From a virus, in the IMG/VR virus record IMGVR_UViG_3300024324_000009, positions 1 to 64,000 of that record: DNA of 64,000 nt. One strand, given 5' to 3'. The position numbers and the translations under genes are program-made. Below the pieces are notes generated by a model. It did no database searches and was not told the origin of the DNA. It saw only the letters and a list, made by a program, of their open reading frames with translations. Position 1 is the stretch's first letter, and the number at the start of each line of letters is the position of its first letter. Of this stretch, positions 39,957-51,200 are shown in pieces.

Positions 39957-40985
39957 GTGGATGAAGAAAGAAGAAAAACATCTCTAGTACACAGACTCTT
40001 ATCAGGCACTCTTATATTCCGCGAGGAAGATAGGATTTTGGAGTTAATATCTCCAAGCCTCGATGTCAAGCTATTATCAGATGTGGTTTATGAAGAACAC
40101 TACCAAGACAATATTTATGATTTTATTCTAAAAGAAGATGTGAGACCTCTGTTGTTAAAGGCCGAACTTATTGGACATTTTTATGACAAAGATTTGGAAA
40201 GAATAATTAAGAAAATCGAAAAAATAAAAATACAACTTTTTTTAAATTATTGGGACAGAACTAAAACTAAAAGAAACAGAGCGGCATTGAAACATGCTAA
40301 AAAGTCACAGATTGATCTGATGACAAAAGGAATGTCCTTCGATCATTTAACCTTAGAACATTTTTGCAATATGGAAGCAGTTAAATATCAAATATCTAGA
40401 ACTTTAAGAGACCACGAAACAAAACAACCTGTACTTACTCCAGACTCTAACAAAATAGATTACGAGAAGTATTTACATATAATAAATCAGCACACACTAG
40501 AACTAAACACTATTAGAAAAGTCGCTAGAAGCGAATATTGGAAAGGATACTTTCTATCAAATGAACACAACGTATTTGGCAAGAGTGTAGGAGACCTTAA
40601 TCCTGAACAACTTTCTCTGTTAACTACTACAAGAATGTATACTAGGATCGCAGAACATACAGATGCACCGAATGAGACTATATTAAATGATGATGATGCT
40701 TTAGATGGTTGGGTCTTACATCAAACTGAAAAAGCCTTAGAAGAAAAGAAAAAGGGAGATAAAAAAGATAGTAAGATAGGTAACGCTCAAGAAGTTTTTT
40801 ATATGGCAGAAAACCAAGAACAAAGAGAAGATATTTTAGCACTTAATACACAGGCATCAGAACAGATACAGAAGAACAGAATGAACCAAGTAATGAATAC
40901 GACAGAAGCAATAGACTCAGCAGATTTTCAGGACGTAAGACAAGAACTGAATGAAGCAGTCGCAAATAAACAGAAGAGGGTATGA
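39957..40985 (+). CDS. Hypothetical, probable tail assembly chaperone-region protein
   Basis: Charged helical protein between the tube and TMP genes; GTG start with AGGA RBS. Confidence 0.5.
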   Translation: MDEERRKTSLVHRLLSGTLIFREEDRILELISPSLDVKLLSDVVYEEHYQDNIYDFILKEDVRPLLLKAELIGHFYDKDLERIIKKIEKIKIQLFLNYWDRTKTKRNRAALKHAKKSQIDLMTKGMSFDHLTLEHFCNMEAVKYQISRTLRDHETKQPVLTPDSNKIDYEKYLHIINQHTLELNTIRKVARSEYWKGYFLSNEHNVFGKSVGDLNPEQLSLLTTTRMYTRIAEHTDAPNETILNDDDALDGWVLHQTEKALEEKKKGDKKDSKIGNAQEVFYMAENQEQREDILALNTQASEQIQKNRMNQVMNTTEAIDSADFQDVRQELNEAVANKQKRV

Positions 40986-41293
40986 TTATGTCTAATGAAG
41001 ATGTGGAACAACTGATTAGAAAAAGAATACAAACAACTATGATTGGAGCATTAGCAAGATTTGAAGAAAACTTTGGACATTTATGGGGGCATTACAAAGA
41101 CCCTAGCGAACCATTGACTTCAGAAGAAGAAAAGTTTGCAGACACTTGGGACTATACCAGAAATCAAATTCTTAACCAAGGAAATAGTCAGATAAGAAAC
41201 TTATCTAAGGACTTGCAAAATGCCATAAGCGGCAACAGCAATCAAACTCGTTATCAATATAATTTCGGAAAACCTAGAGAGAAAAGAGGATAA
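40982..41293 (+). CDS. Hypothetical protein
   Basis: Overlapping start; TTMIGALARFEENFGHLWG motif; tail-assembly context. Confidence 0.6.
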   Translation: MIMSNEDVEQLIRKRIQTTMIGALARFEENFGHLWGHYKDPSEPLTSEEEKFADTWDYTRNQILNQGNSQIRNLSKDLQNAISGNSNQTRYQYNFGKPREKRG

Positions 41294-41294
41294 T

Positions 41295-42191
41295 ATGAAT
41301 ACTTATGATTTTAAAGCAACTGTAGATGGAAAAGAATGTGAGTTTACCGTTATGAGTCCATCTAACTTCCATTATACTGAAGCACAGAAAGTGTATAATC
41401 ATGCTTTTAGTGATGCGGTTAAGTCTAATGCCATCGTTAGAGCAAAAATGGAAGATGTTCTTCGGGATCAGGGACTATGGGATGACAAGAAAGAATCTGA
41501 GTATACTCAGATTGTACAAGAAATAGCTAATGGTGAAAGACTTTTGAAAAAGGGTGGAATTAAGCTATCTGAGGCTAAAAATTTGGCTATGGAGATGGCA
41601 GATAAACGGTCAAAGCTACGTGAATTGATCTCTGTTAGGACAAGTTTAGACAACCAGAGTGCTGAAGGTCAAGCCGATAACTCTAAATTTAATTATCTAG
41701 TATCAGCTTGTGTGGTGTATAAAAGTAATAATCAGCCCTATTTCAAGTCTCTTGAAGAATATCTAAGTAGTAATGCTTCAGAAGTCTCTAATACAGGTGC
41801 TAAACTTTTGGCTAATATGTTATATGGACTTGAAGACGACTTTGAGAAGAAACTACCAGAAAACAGGTTTCTTAAAAAGTATAATTTTGTAAACGATGAT
41901 TTACAGTTGGTAAACAAAGAAGGTCATATTGTTGATAGAGAAGGCAGACTTATTGATAAGTTTGGCAGATATGTTAATGAGAAGGGCGACTATGTTGATA
42001 GACAAGGGAATTTGATTGATGATGACGGGGATTATATTGTCGATGAGCATCCTTTCTTAGATGATGATGGCGAACCCATTCTAGAAGAAAAGACACAAGA
42101 AACCCCAACAGAAGAACAGCAGGATGAAGAGAAAACCAAACCTGTCGCAAAAAAACCTCGTCAGAAAAAAGCTACTGCTGAAGCAGAGTAG
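41295..42191 (+). CDS. Putative tail assembly chaperone
   Basis: Immediately upstream of the TMP; short tandem (V/I)[D/N]xxGxx repeats near the C-terminus and a charged tail. Confidence 0.55.
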   Translation: MNTYDFKATVDGKECEFTVMSPSNFHYTEAQKVYNHAFSDAVKSNAIVRAKMEDVLRDQGLWDDKKESEYTQIVQEIANGERLLKKGGIKLSEAKNLAMEMADKRSKLRELISVRTSLDNQSAEGQADNSKFNYLVSACVVYKSNNQPYFKSLEEYLSSNASEVSNTGAKLLANMLYGLEDDFEKKLPENRFLKKYNFVNDDLQLVNKEGHIVDREGRLIDKFGRYVNEKGDYVDRQGNLIDDDGDYIVDEHPFLDDDGEPILEEKTQETPTEEQQDEEKTKPVAKKPRQKKATAEAE

Positions 42192-42235
42192 TGTTAATGT
42201 ACACATGATGTCATTAGGATTATAGGAGAACCAAT

Positions 42236-45200
42236 ATGGCATCATTTGATATAACCGCACAAATAAACCTAAGAGGCCCAAGCAATGTTAAGCAAATTGC
42301 TGCGGATATTCGTAGGCAATTATCAAATATTAAGTCTACGGTTAATCTTAAACTTGATCCTAAGACTGTTCAAAATGTTGCGATTGTTAATAAAAACTTT
42401 AGGGCCTTGAATGCTACTTTAGCAGCAAGCAAAGGAAATATTAATGCTGTAAGCACAGCGTTCAATAATCTAAACAAATCAATGGCGAGTTTGTCAACAA
42501 GTAGTAAGAATGCTGCTAATAGTGTTAAGTCTGTTGCAACAGCTGCTAAAACTGCCACGGCTGCTACCCAATCCCTACAAAAGGGTGCTCAAAGTGCAGG
42601 TACTGCTGCCAGTAACTTAGGAGCAGAAGTTGCTTCCGGTGCAAGAAAGTTTCTAGTATTCAGTGGAGTCTCTACACTTATTAATGCTGTAACTTCAAGC
42701 ATTGCTCAGGGAGTCGGTGCTTTTGTTGAATATGAACGAGAACTTGCCAAGGTTCAGCAAGTTACAAACGCTACATCAGGAGGTTTATCCAAACTTTCTA
42801 AAGATATACAAGAAGCTGCTGTGAGCACAGGAGCAGCAGCCACTGAACTAGCTAAAGTCTCTGTGGTCTTATCACAGGCAGGCTTATCTGCTAGAGAAAC
42901 AAGTGAAGCCTTGCAGACTCTAGCAAAGACTACTTTGGCTCCTACGTTTGGAGACATTACTGATACTACAGAAGGTGCAATCGCTATTTTGCGTCAGTTT
43001 AAATTAGAGACCTCTGAATTAGAAACAGCACTAGGAAGTATCAATGCTGTTGCAGGTGCATTTGCTGTTAGTGCTTCAGACATCATCACAGCTGTAAAAC
43101 AGGCAGGTGCTGTTTTTGCAAGTTCTAGTCAAGGAGTTAGCGAGGGTACAGACGCACTCAATGAGTTTATTGCTGTCTTTACTAGTGTTAGACAGACCAC
43201 GAGAGAAAGTGCAGAGACTATCGGTACTGGTCTTAAAACCATTGTTACCAGACTACAGAGACTAGATACTATTCAATCTCTTAAACAATTTGGGATTCAG
43301 TTAACAGACCTAGAAGGTAAGTTTGTTGGTCCTTTTGAAGCCATTAAAAGACTGAGTGAAGGACTACAGGCTTTTGATCCAAGAGATGTTAGATTTGGTG
43401 CTATCATTGAAGAACTTGGTGGTTTTCGTCAGGTAGGTAAGGTTATCCCTCTTATTCAGCAATTTGCTGTTGCTCAGGAAGCATTAAACGTAGCCAGAGA
43501 AGGTGGAACCTCCATTACTGATCAACAGATTATAGCAGAACGTACATTGTCTGTTCAATTACAAAAAACTGCTGCTAACTTTCAAGCATTTATAACAGGA
43601 GTTGCAGAAAGCGATGCTTTTCAAGGTATTACTAAAGGACTGCTTGGTTTTGTTAATGCTTTAATAAGTTTAGCAGACATACTTAAAGATGTTATACCAG
43701 TACTTGCTGCTCTTGCAGCTAATGCCGCTATACCTGCAATAGCACAGTTTGCAGGTGGCTTTGGAGCAAAACTATTAGGTAAAAACAAAGGAGGAGCAGT
43801 TCCTCATCATTTTGCTAGAGGAGGCTATGTTCCGGGTTCTGGAGATCGAGATACTGTACCAGCAATGTTGACTCCGGGCGAGTTTGTTATACGCAAGAAA
43901 GCAGTACAAGCTATTGGAACCGATAAACTCTCAGCAATGAATGGAGGCCAAGGTGCAGCTATTGCTACACAGGCTAAAAATAAGGGTGGCATGATTCAAC
44001 ACTTTGCTGAAGGAGGAACAGTAAGCGTTGACTATGCTAAGAAAAAACCTAGTGCATCAAAAGAAAGAGAACTTATAGGAAACAACCTTGTTCAATCTGT
44101 TAACTCTCTAGCTAGTTACTATGACCCAGAATCAAAACAATTATCCAGTAGGAAAAGTCCTAAAAATCTGCCTAATTATGCTGGTATAGTAGGAGGAATA
44201 TTTGAGTCAGCAGTTGAACTTGTAGCAGGACAATCAGACAAACAAAAAAACGAAGCTGTTTGGGATTACCCATCAGGGATCGGAAGTACTGATTTGTTTA
44301 ATAATGTTCCGGGCCTAGGTGTTCCTACAGACGCTAAAAAAAGTGCTACGACCGCAACAGTTAGAAAGAAGCTAAAAGCACACTACAGAAACGCACAAGG
44401 TACTGATCTCAATCGTAAAAAATTTGGTATTGTTGCATTCGGCAAAGGCGAAGACTACGAGTATCAATTTGATCCTGAAGCAATCAAACAAGAAGTGGCT
44501 CCACAAAGAGCCGCAAAAGCACAAAAAGCAAATCGTGGTGGTTTGATTCAACATTTCCAAGATGGAGACCTTGTTGTTGCTGGATCAGGTAGAGTCACAC
44601 AAAAAGATATTAAGGAAGCAACTTCTGGACAATTAAATAGTGCTCTACAAAACCCTAAAGTCAATGCAAAAAGTCGTGCCGCTATTCAAAACGAACTCCA
44701 ACAAAGAGAAACAGCAAACAATGCGACTAACGTAGCTGTTGTTGGTATCTTACCGTTGGGGTATTCAAAAGATTATCCTCCACAGCCTCTTGGTGGAGAG
44801 AACGTAAAAATATCTTCTAGGGGACTACCTAAAGCTAAAGAAGAGGCTTTTCTTAATATAGCAGAAGGTCTTAGAGGAGTTGTACAGACTGCTGCTGTAG
44901 AGATTGGAGGTTCAGCAAAGCCACTTACTCCTGAACAAGAAAAATCAACTGGATTAGAAAATGTGCAAGGAACTATTTTTGAAGCAGTTCTTTCAGCATT
45001 AGGAGCAACTGGAGGATCAATACAAAATCAATCTATGGATTACGCTAATGGACTTGGACCTGCTGCTTCCTTATATCCGGGCATTGGTCCAGATTGGCCT
45101 ACGGAAGTCAAACGTGATGTTACTGGTCCCGGTTTCACTAGAAGTAAAAAGAATATTGCTAATTTCTATAGTGCACAAAAGTTTGCTGAAGGAGGAAAAG

Positions 45201-48200
45201 TTAAATCTAAAGGTGGGCTCGGAATTAAAACTACCGGAGGTAATACGATTACTTCTGTGTTTGAGGATGGACAAAGTAGTTCTGGTGAAGTTGTAGCAAA
45301 AAGTATAGGCCAGAATTTATTTGCAGTTCTGTCATCTCAAGTGTCTGGTGGTGGAGGCAGGGCCTTATATGATTCTGCTATGAAACAAGCAACGAGTCAG
45401 GGAGGTAGTTTAACTTCAGACAGAAGCAGAGTTAGTAGTTCTGCTTTAAGTAGAATTTGGACTACTTATTTTAATAAAGGAACAAGTAAAGACGGGAAGA
45501 AAGTTTCCAAGAAGCCTGTACCAGACAACATGCTTTATACTGGTGCATTTTTTGATGAGTCTGATTATCCAAGCCCTAATCCTGCATCTTGGCAAGGTCA
45601 AGCTGTACCTTTGCAATACGCTTATAAACAATTTGCTGATGGTGGAGCAGCATCAGGAGGGGATACAGTTCCCGCCATGCTAACTCCCGGTGAATTTGTT
45701 ATTAATAAAAAAGCAGCTAAATCTATAGGTTTGTCTAAGCTAAGAGAAATGAACTATGCAGATAAAATAAGAGGTTACGCTAAAGGAGGTCCAGTAGGAG
45801 GAGTCCAATATTTTGATAATGGAGATACAGTTGATCCTCTTTCTCAATCTGGAGGTGTCAACCCCTGCTGTCCAGACGAACTTAAAGCAGCTAATACTAA
45901 TGCTAAAACAGCTAAAAAAATGGAAGATGCTGCCGATTCAATGAACGAAGCAGGAGAGAAACAAGAAGAAGCAGCAGATGAAATGTCAACAGGCCAAGCA
46001 ATATTCTTGGCATTTATTGGCCCAGCGATTGAACAAGGCATCAAGAAAGCGTTCCCTAATAGTCGTGTCGCCGCAGCAACTGGAGAAGGTATTCAACAAG
46101 GTGCAGCTACTTATCAAACAAGTAGTGCTTTGCTTGGAACGATAGGTAAGGTATTGGGTAAATTTCCGGGAGTCGTCGGAAAAGCAGGAAAATTAATTAC
46201 CGCAAGTGCTAAAGGTATTGCTGTCGTGTTGGGAGCATTATCTTTTGGTATAGGAGCCAGATCAGGATACATCCAAAAAAGCATTGAACTTTTATCACAA
46301 GAGATTGAAACTGGAGCAAAAGACACAGCAAAAGCAATAAAGAATTTTAATGATTTACTATTAGACCCAAATATTAGCACAGAAACACTTGGTAAAAGCC
46401 TTGGTGAGTTATCTAACAAAATTAATGATTTAAATACAGTCAGAGGTGAAAAAGCCGCAGTAGAGATTCAGCAGTTACAACCTTATCTTCCATATTTCGA
46501 AAGTAATGACGACAAACAATTTAGACAAGCTAGCGAAAGAAATATTGAACGAGAAGCGTTTGAAACTGGTGCTCAAGATGCTCTTACAAGCCTTGAGGCT
46601 GCATTACAAAACGGTAAAAAACTTGGCGACATTTTTGATAATATGTCAAAGAAAGAAGCACAAGGTCTCAAAAAAGCGATTGCTTTTCAAGACAAGGCTA
46701 TTAGAGAGCAGATAAAGGCATTAGAGAAACAAAGAGATGCAACAGAAGAAGGAACCCCAGAAAGAGAGGCACTTAATGAACAAATCGCTGTGGCTATTGA
46801 TACCGGATATGTAGAGAATGCACAAAGATTAAAAATTATAGCACAATTAAAAGAAGCAGAAAGAGCAGTAGAAGAAAATAGAAGAAGGTTGGTAAATTCT
46901 TCTACTAGTTTGGAAAAATATGTAGAGGCCTTTGGTACTGCAATAGCAATAGCAGGAAATAACTTTCAAGTGGCATCTTTAGAAGCTAAATCTTTTGCTG
47001 ATGGTTTTGCAGGTGTAGATTTACAGAATTTATTTGCAGCACAAATTACTACTCTAGAAAATCCCAGAGCATTTAATGACGCAGAAAATGCGATCTCTCT
47101 TGATCCGTTAAAAGGAGTACTTGGAGATAATGCAAAAGTCTTTGCCGCATTGGTTCAACTTCCTAATCGTTTAGAAGACGCTATTAATAGTGCTGCTGCC
47201 GGTGCAGCTGGCCAAGATTCCGAAAATGTTGGCAGAGCAATATCTGCTGCTATTAGCGGCAACCTAGGAGAGTTTGAAGGAACTGCACTAGGAGATGCAT
47301 TAGTCGGTTCGCTAACAGAACAGATTGAAAAAGCATCCAAAGGTGGTAAAGGAACAGCAGACACAACGGCTATTATTGATTCTTCCACAGATATTGTAAG
47401 AAAAACATCTGAAAACTTTACTAAAGCTGCTGTAGAAGCACTCAAACTTATCCGAGAAGCAGGTGTCCAAGTAGCAAGTTTTGCACAAGTAGCAGAAACA
47501 TCTTTTAAGAAATTTAATAGAGGGTTACTGTTAGCTGCTCAAGGAACAACACGTTTAAACCAAGACATTGACAGATTAGTAAGTGGAAGAAACGACCCTA
47601 GAAGTATTAGCGACATAAATGCAAGAACTACAGGGGCTGCTAGAAGTGAAGTGTCTGGAGTTGCACAATTCATACAACAGAATGCTGATGCTCAAAAACA
47701 ACTCATAGACTTACAAAGTAGGTCGTTGCAAGCACAAATGGAAGGAGCCCAATCATTTAATCAGAATGTCACAGAGATAGGGAGGGTCAAAGCAGAGATT
47801 ATCGGATTAAGACAACAAACTGAAAATCTTAGAACGGCCCTAACTGATAAACTCGGAGAATTAAAGAATGAACTTAGCAATAGACTTAGTGAACTTAAAG
47901 AACAATCAGCAGCATCTAGAAGTTTAATAGACAGCGTATTTTCAGATGAGCAAGGTGCGAATGAGAGTTTTGATGCGGCAATGAGATTGGCAAATGGAGA
48001 CGCATCAGGAATCAGCAGTGGGCCAGAAGCACTAAAGGTGTTGAAAGAGATTTCAAGACTACAGCAAGCAGGTCTGATTCCTGATGATCCTAAAGTTATA
48101 GAAAACGCATACAAAAGGGCTGCTAAAGCAGCAGGTATTCAGTTCTCTCCAGAAGGACTAAAGGTATTTAAACAAGCCTTCGCTAATCCAGAGGATGACA

Positions 48201-51200
48201 GTGAAGTTAAAGCATATGTTAAAGAACTACGGGCAACAAATGCTGAAATCAATCAATTAACTAATGTATTGAATTTGCAAGAACTTCAAAATTCTAATGA
48301 TGCATTAATTGCAAGTCAAACAGCTTTAACAAAAGTTATGTCTGATCTTCCAGAGACTATAAATACTATAGCAGAAAAAATACAAGCATCTGGTTTAAAA
48401 GCCCCTATAGAAGTTTTAGAAGCTGGCAATATCAAAGTAAGTAAAGCTGACAGAGTGGACATCAGAGATACTTTAGGTGCTTCCCAAGCCCTTCCTACTA
48501 CAAAGGCTGTAGGAGGAATAATATATCGTTCAACAGGAGGAGAGGGGCCTGCCTCTTCAGTGTCCACTGGTCCCGGTTCTAATATTAATTGGGCTCCCAG
48601 AGGCTCAGACACTGTACCAGCAATGCTTACTCCCGGCGAATATGTTGTAAACGCACAGGCTACCAAAGCCAATAGGGGTTTATTAGAAAATATAAATAGT
48701 GGTAAAGGCAAAAAAGTTCAGCCGATATATAGGGCATCTGGTGGCCCAACCGACACAAGTGAGAGGGGCTGGATAGACTACTTTGACGAGCAAACGCAAT
48801 CGGGTAGAGGATTCCTTGAATCAATTTATTCCTTCGGAGGCGTAACAAAAGTATGGCCCGATATAGCTACAAAACTCGGTGGTTTAGGAGACACTTTGGG
48901 CAGTTGGTACGGAAGTGCAAAGGATACGGTCAATTCAGGGTTGGCTTCTCAGTTTACTAAATTTGGAAACTATAAAGGTCAGATATTACCAAAATATATT
49001 ATAGAGGCTATCAAGACTGGTACTATTACCGAAACTAAGGGATTAGCATCAGTTCCTAAGAAAGCATGGTCAAATTTAATACCTCGCATTATTAATAATG
49101 TTGGCAACACAAAACTTGCACAAGACCTAACCAAATGGGGCGGTTCCAAGTGGGCAAAAGCTAGTCCAACGCTAAACACCGCAGTGCAAGCAGAGAAGTA
49201 TGCAGACGACATAGCACCTAGTGTGTTTAAAAAAACCTTCCCAAAAATAATGAAAAGTCAGTTTGCAAAGGGGACGTTTAAGAACTTACCTATAGCAGAG
49301 TGGGCAGTAAGCGGTTTATTAGCTAGCAGAAACCGTTGGAGTGAATTGGAGAGAAAAGGTGGAAGTACGAATCAAATGGTCATGTCTAGCCTTGCTGAAT
49401 TTTTAGCAGGAGGCACTGCTGGTGCACCTACGGATTCGTCGGGCTATTCTGGTATTGCTAGTGCTGGAATTGATAATGCAAGTAGACTATTTAGTAATAT
49501 TTATGCTGGTTTTCAAAGAGGAGGACCGCAGGGTGCGGTTGCAGCAGGTTTGGTAACTGTTGGGGCAATGGGTATAAGATTGGCTGAAGAAACTAGAGGT
49601 TGGAGACTCGATGCCATTCAAGAAATGGGTTCATTCCAAGACTTGAGAGCTAATGAAAAAGCAGGAGCAAAAAGTGCAAAGCAACAGGAAAGAGACAGAA
49701 TAAAAGACTTTAAAGAAGCTGGCGTTAAGGACTTGGAGTACTTAGATTCTCAAATAGATATTCTGGGGTTGACACAATTCAAAAGAGCACAAAGATACGG
49801 CGGGTTTCAGGCAGATAAAGATTTTTACGGTTCAGATAATAATCCATATCTTGATATGGATATTGACACAGAAGCCGTTAAATCTAGAGAATATAATGAA
49901 TGGGTTCAACAATATTGGAACGGCAAAGTTAACTCCTCTGCATTCATGAGCAACAAAGGTGAGATGAGATTGATAGAATTTGATCCAGCACTCATACCAG
50001 AGATACAAAAAGCTAGTTTCAGAAGTGGGAACGTATTCGAGAATAGGTATTCAGACGATACGATACAGAAGGCTTATAACAAAGTTGCTTCTCAAGAAAA
50101 CAAAAAAAAGACAGTAGAATTAAAGAGTCTCGGCGGCAAGGCTGTGGGAGTATATCCCAATGCAGAAGCATACGATGGTTCCTACCCTAAATCATTGGAT
50201 TCATTAACTCAGAGTATTGATGACAGAAGTGAAAGTATTTATCAAAACACTCAAGGAGTGAAACAACCTGATGGCACTAGGGACGAAACTCAAACTGGTT
50301 TTAACAACATTTACAGTAAAGACACTGTGTTAAGAGACATAGATGATGAACTTGCTACAAAGATGTTAGCTTCTAATACATTTTTTAATAGAATACCAAG
50401 AGACTTAACTACAAATGACAAGCAGGCATTCGAAGATAGCAAAAGGTATACACAAGATGTTACTGAGATAGCTAAAAGATATACCGCTAGAGAAGAAGAG
50501 TTGAAGCAGATAGCAAGAGAGGAAAGAGACGCACAAGCAAAAGCAGAAGCAGATAGAGCCAAGGAGAAGGTAGATGCAAATGCTGCTACTCAAACTAAAA
50601 TTAGTAATATATCGGCATTTGCAACTAGTGGCAAAGAAGGTCTGAAAGATTTAGGATATAAAGAATTTTATCCTTACATAGATAAGAGTAGTGAGATTAA
50701 TAAACTTCAGGCAGATAGTATTAAGATGCGTGGGAAACTTAACGCACAGGCAGCAGGTCCAACACTTAATCTTGGTCAATATGTAGATTTCGAATATGGT
50801 AAATTAGGGAAAGATGCAAACACTCTTTTAAAGAGTCAAGAAGCTATACAGATACCAACAGATGTTGCGGCAGCTGTTGCAGAGTACAGAAAGAACTACG
50901 TACAAAGCAGTCCTTTATATGAAAAGGGAATCAAAAGATTTGCTGACTCTATAACTGAATGGGAGTTTAATCAAGAAGAGCCAAATATAGCTGCTGCAAT
51001 CAGAAGAAGCATTTTTACTGGACAGCAAATCAATCCCGGTGTTATAGCGTCATTGACAGCAAATAATGAAGCATCTGATCCCGACTTAGCTGTACAAATG
51101 GGATACGATGGCGACATAGACACCGCTGTCCAGCAGTTTACTAAAGATAGAGAACAAGCAGAGGTAGGCAAAGTTAGACCTGTAGGCGGGACAGTTTACG

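Noticed and set aside
42149-42181. A-AAA-AAA slippery site near the end of the pre-TMP gene (G/GT-type -1 frameshift)
   Set aside because: The -1 frame reaches TGA within about 8 codons, so no extended product results.
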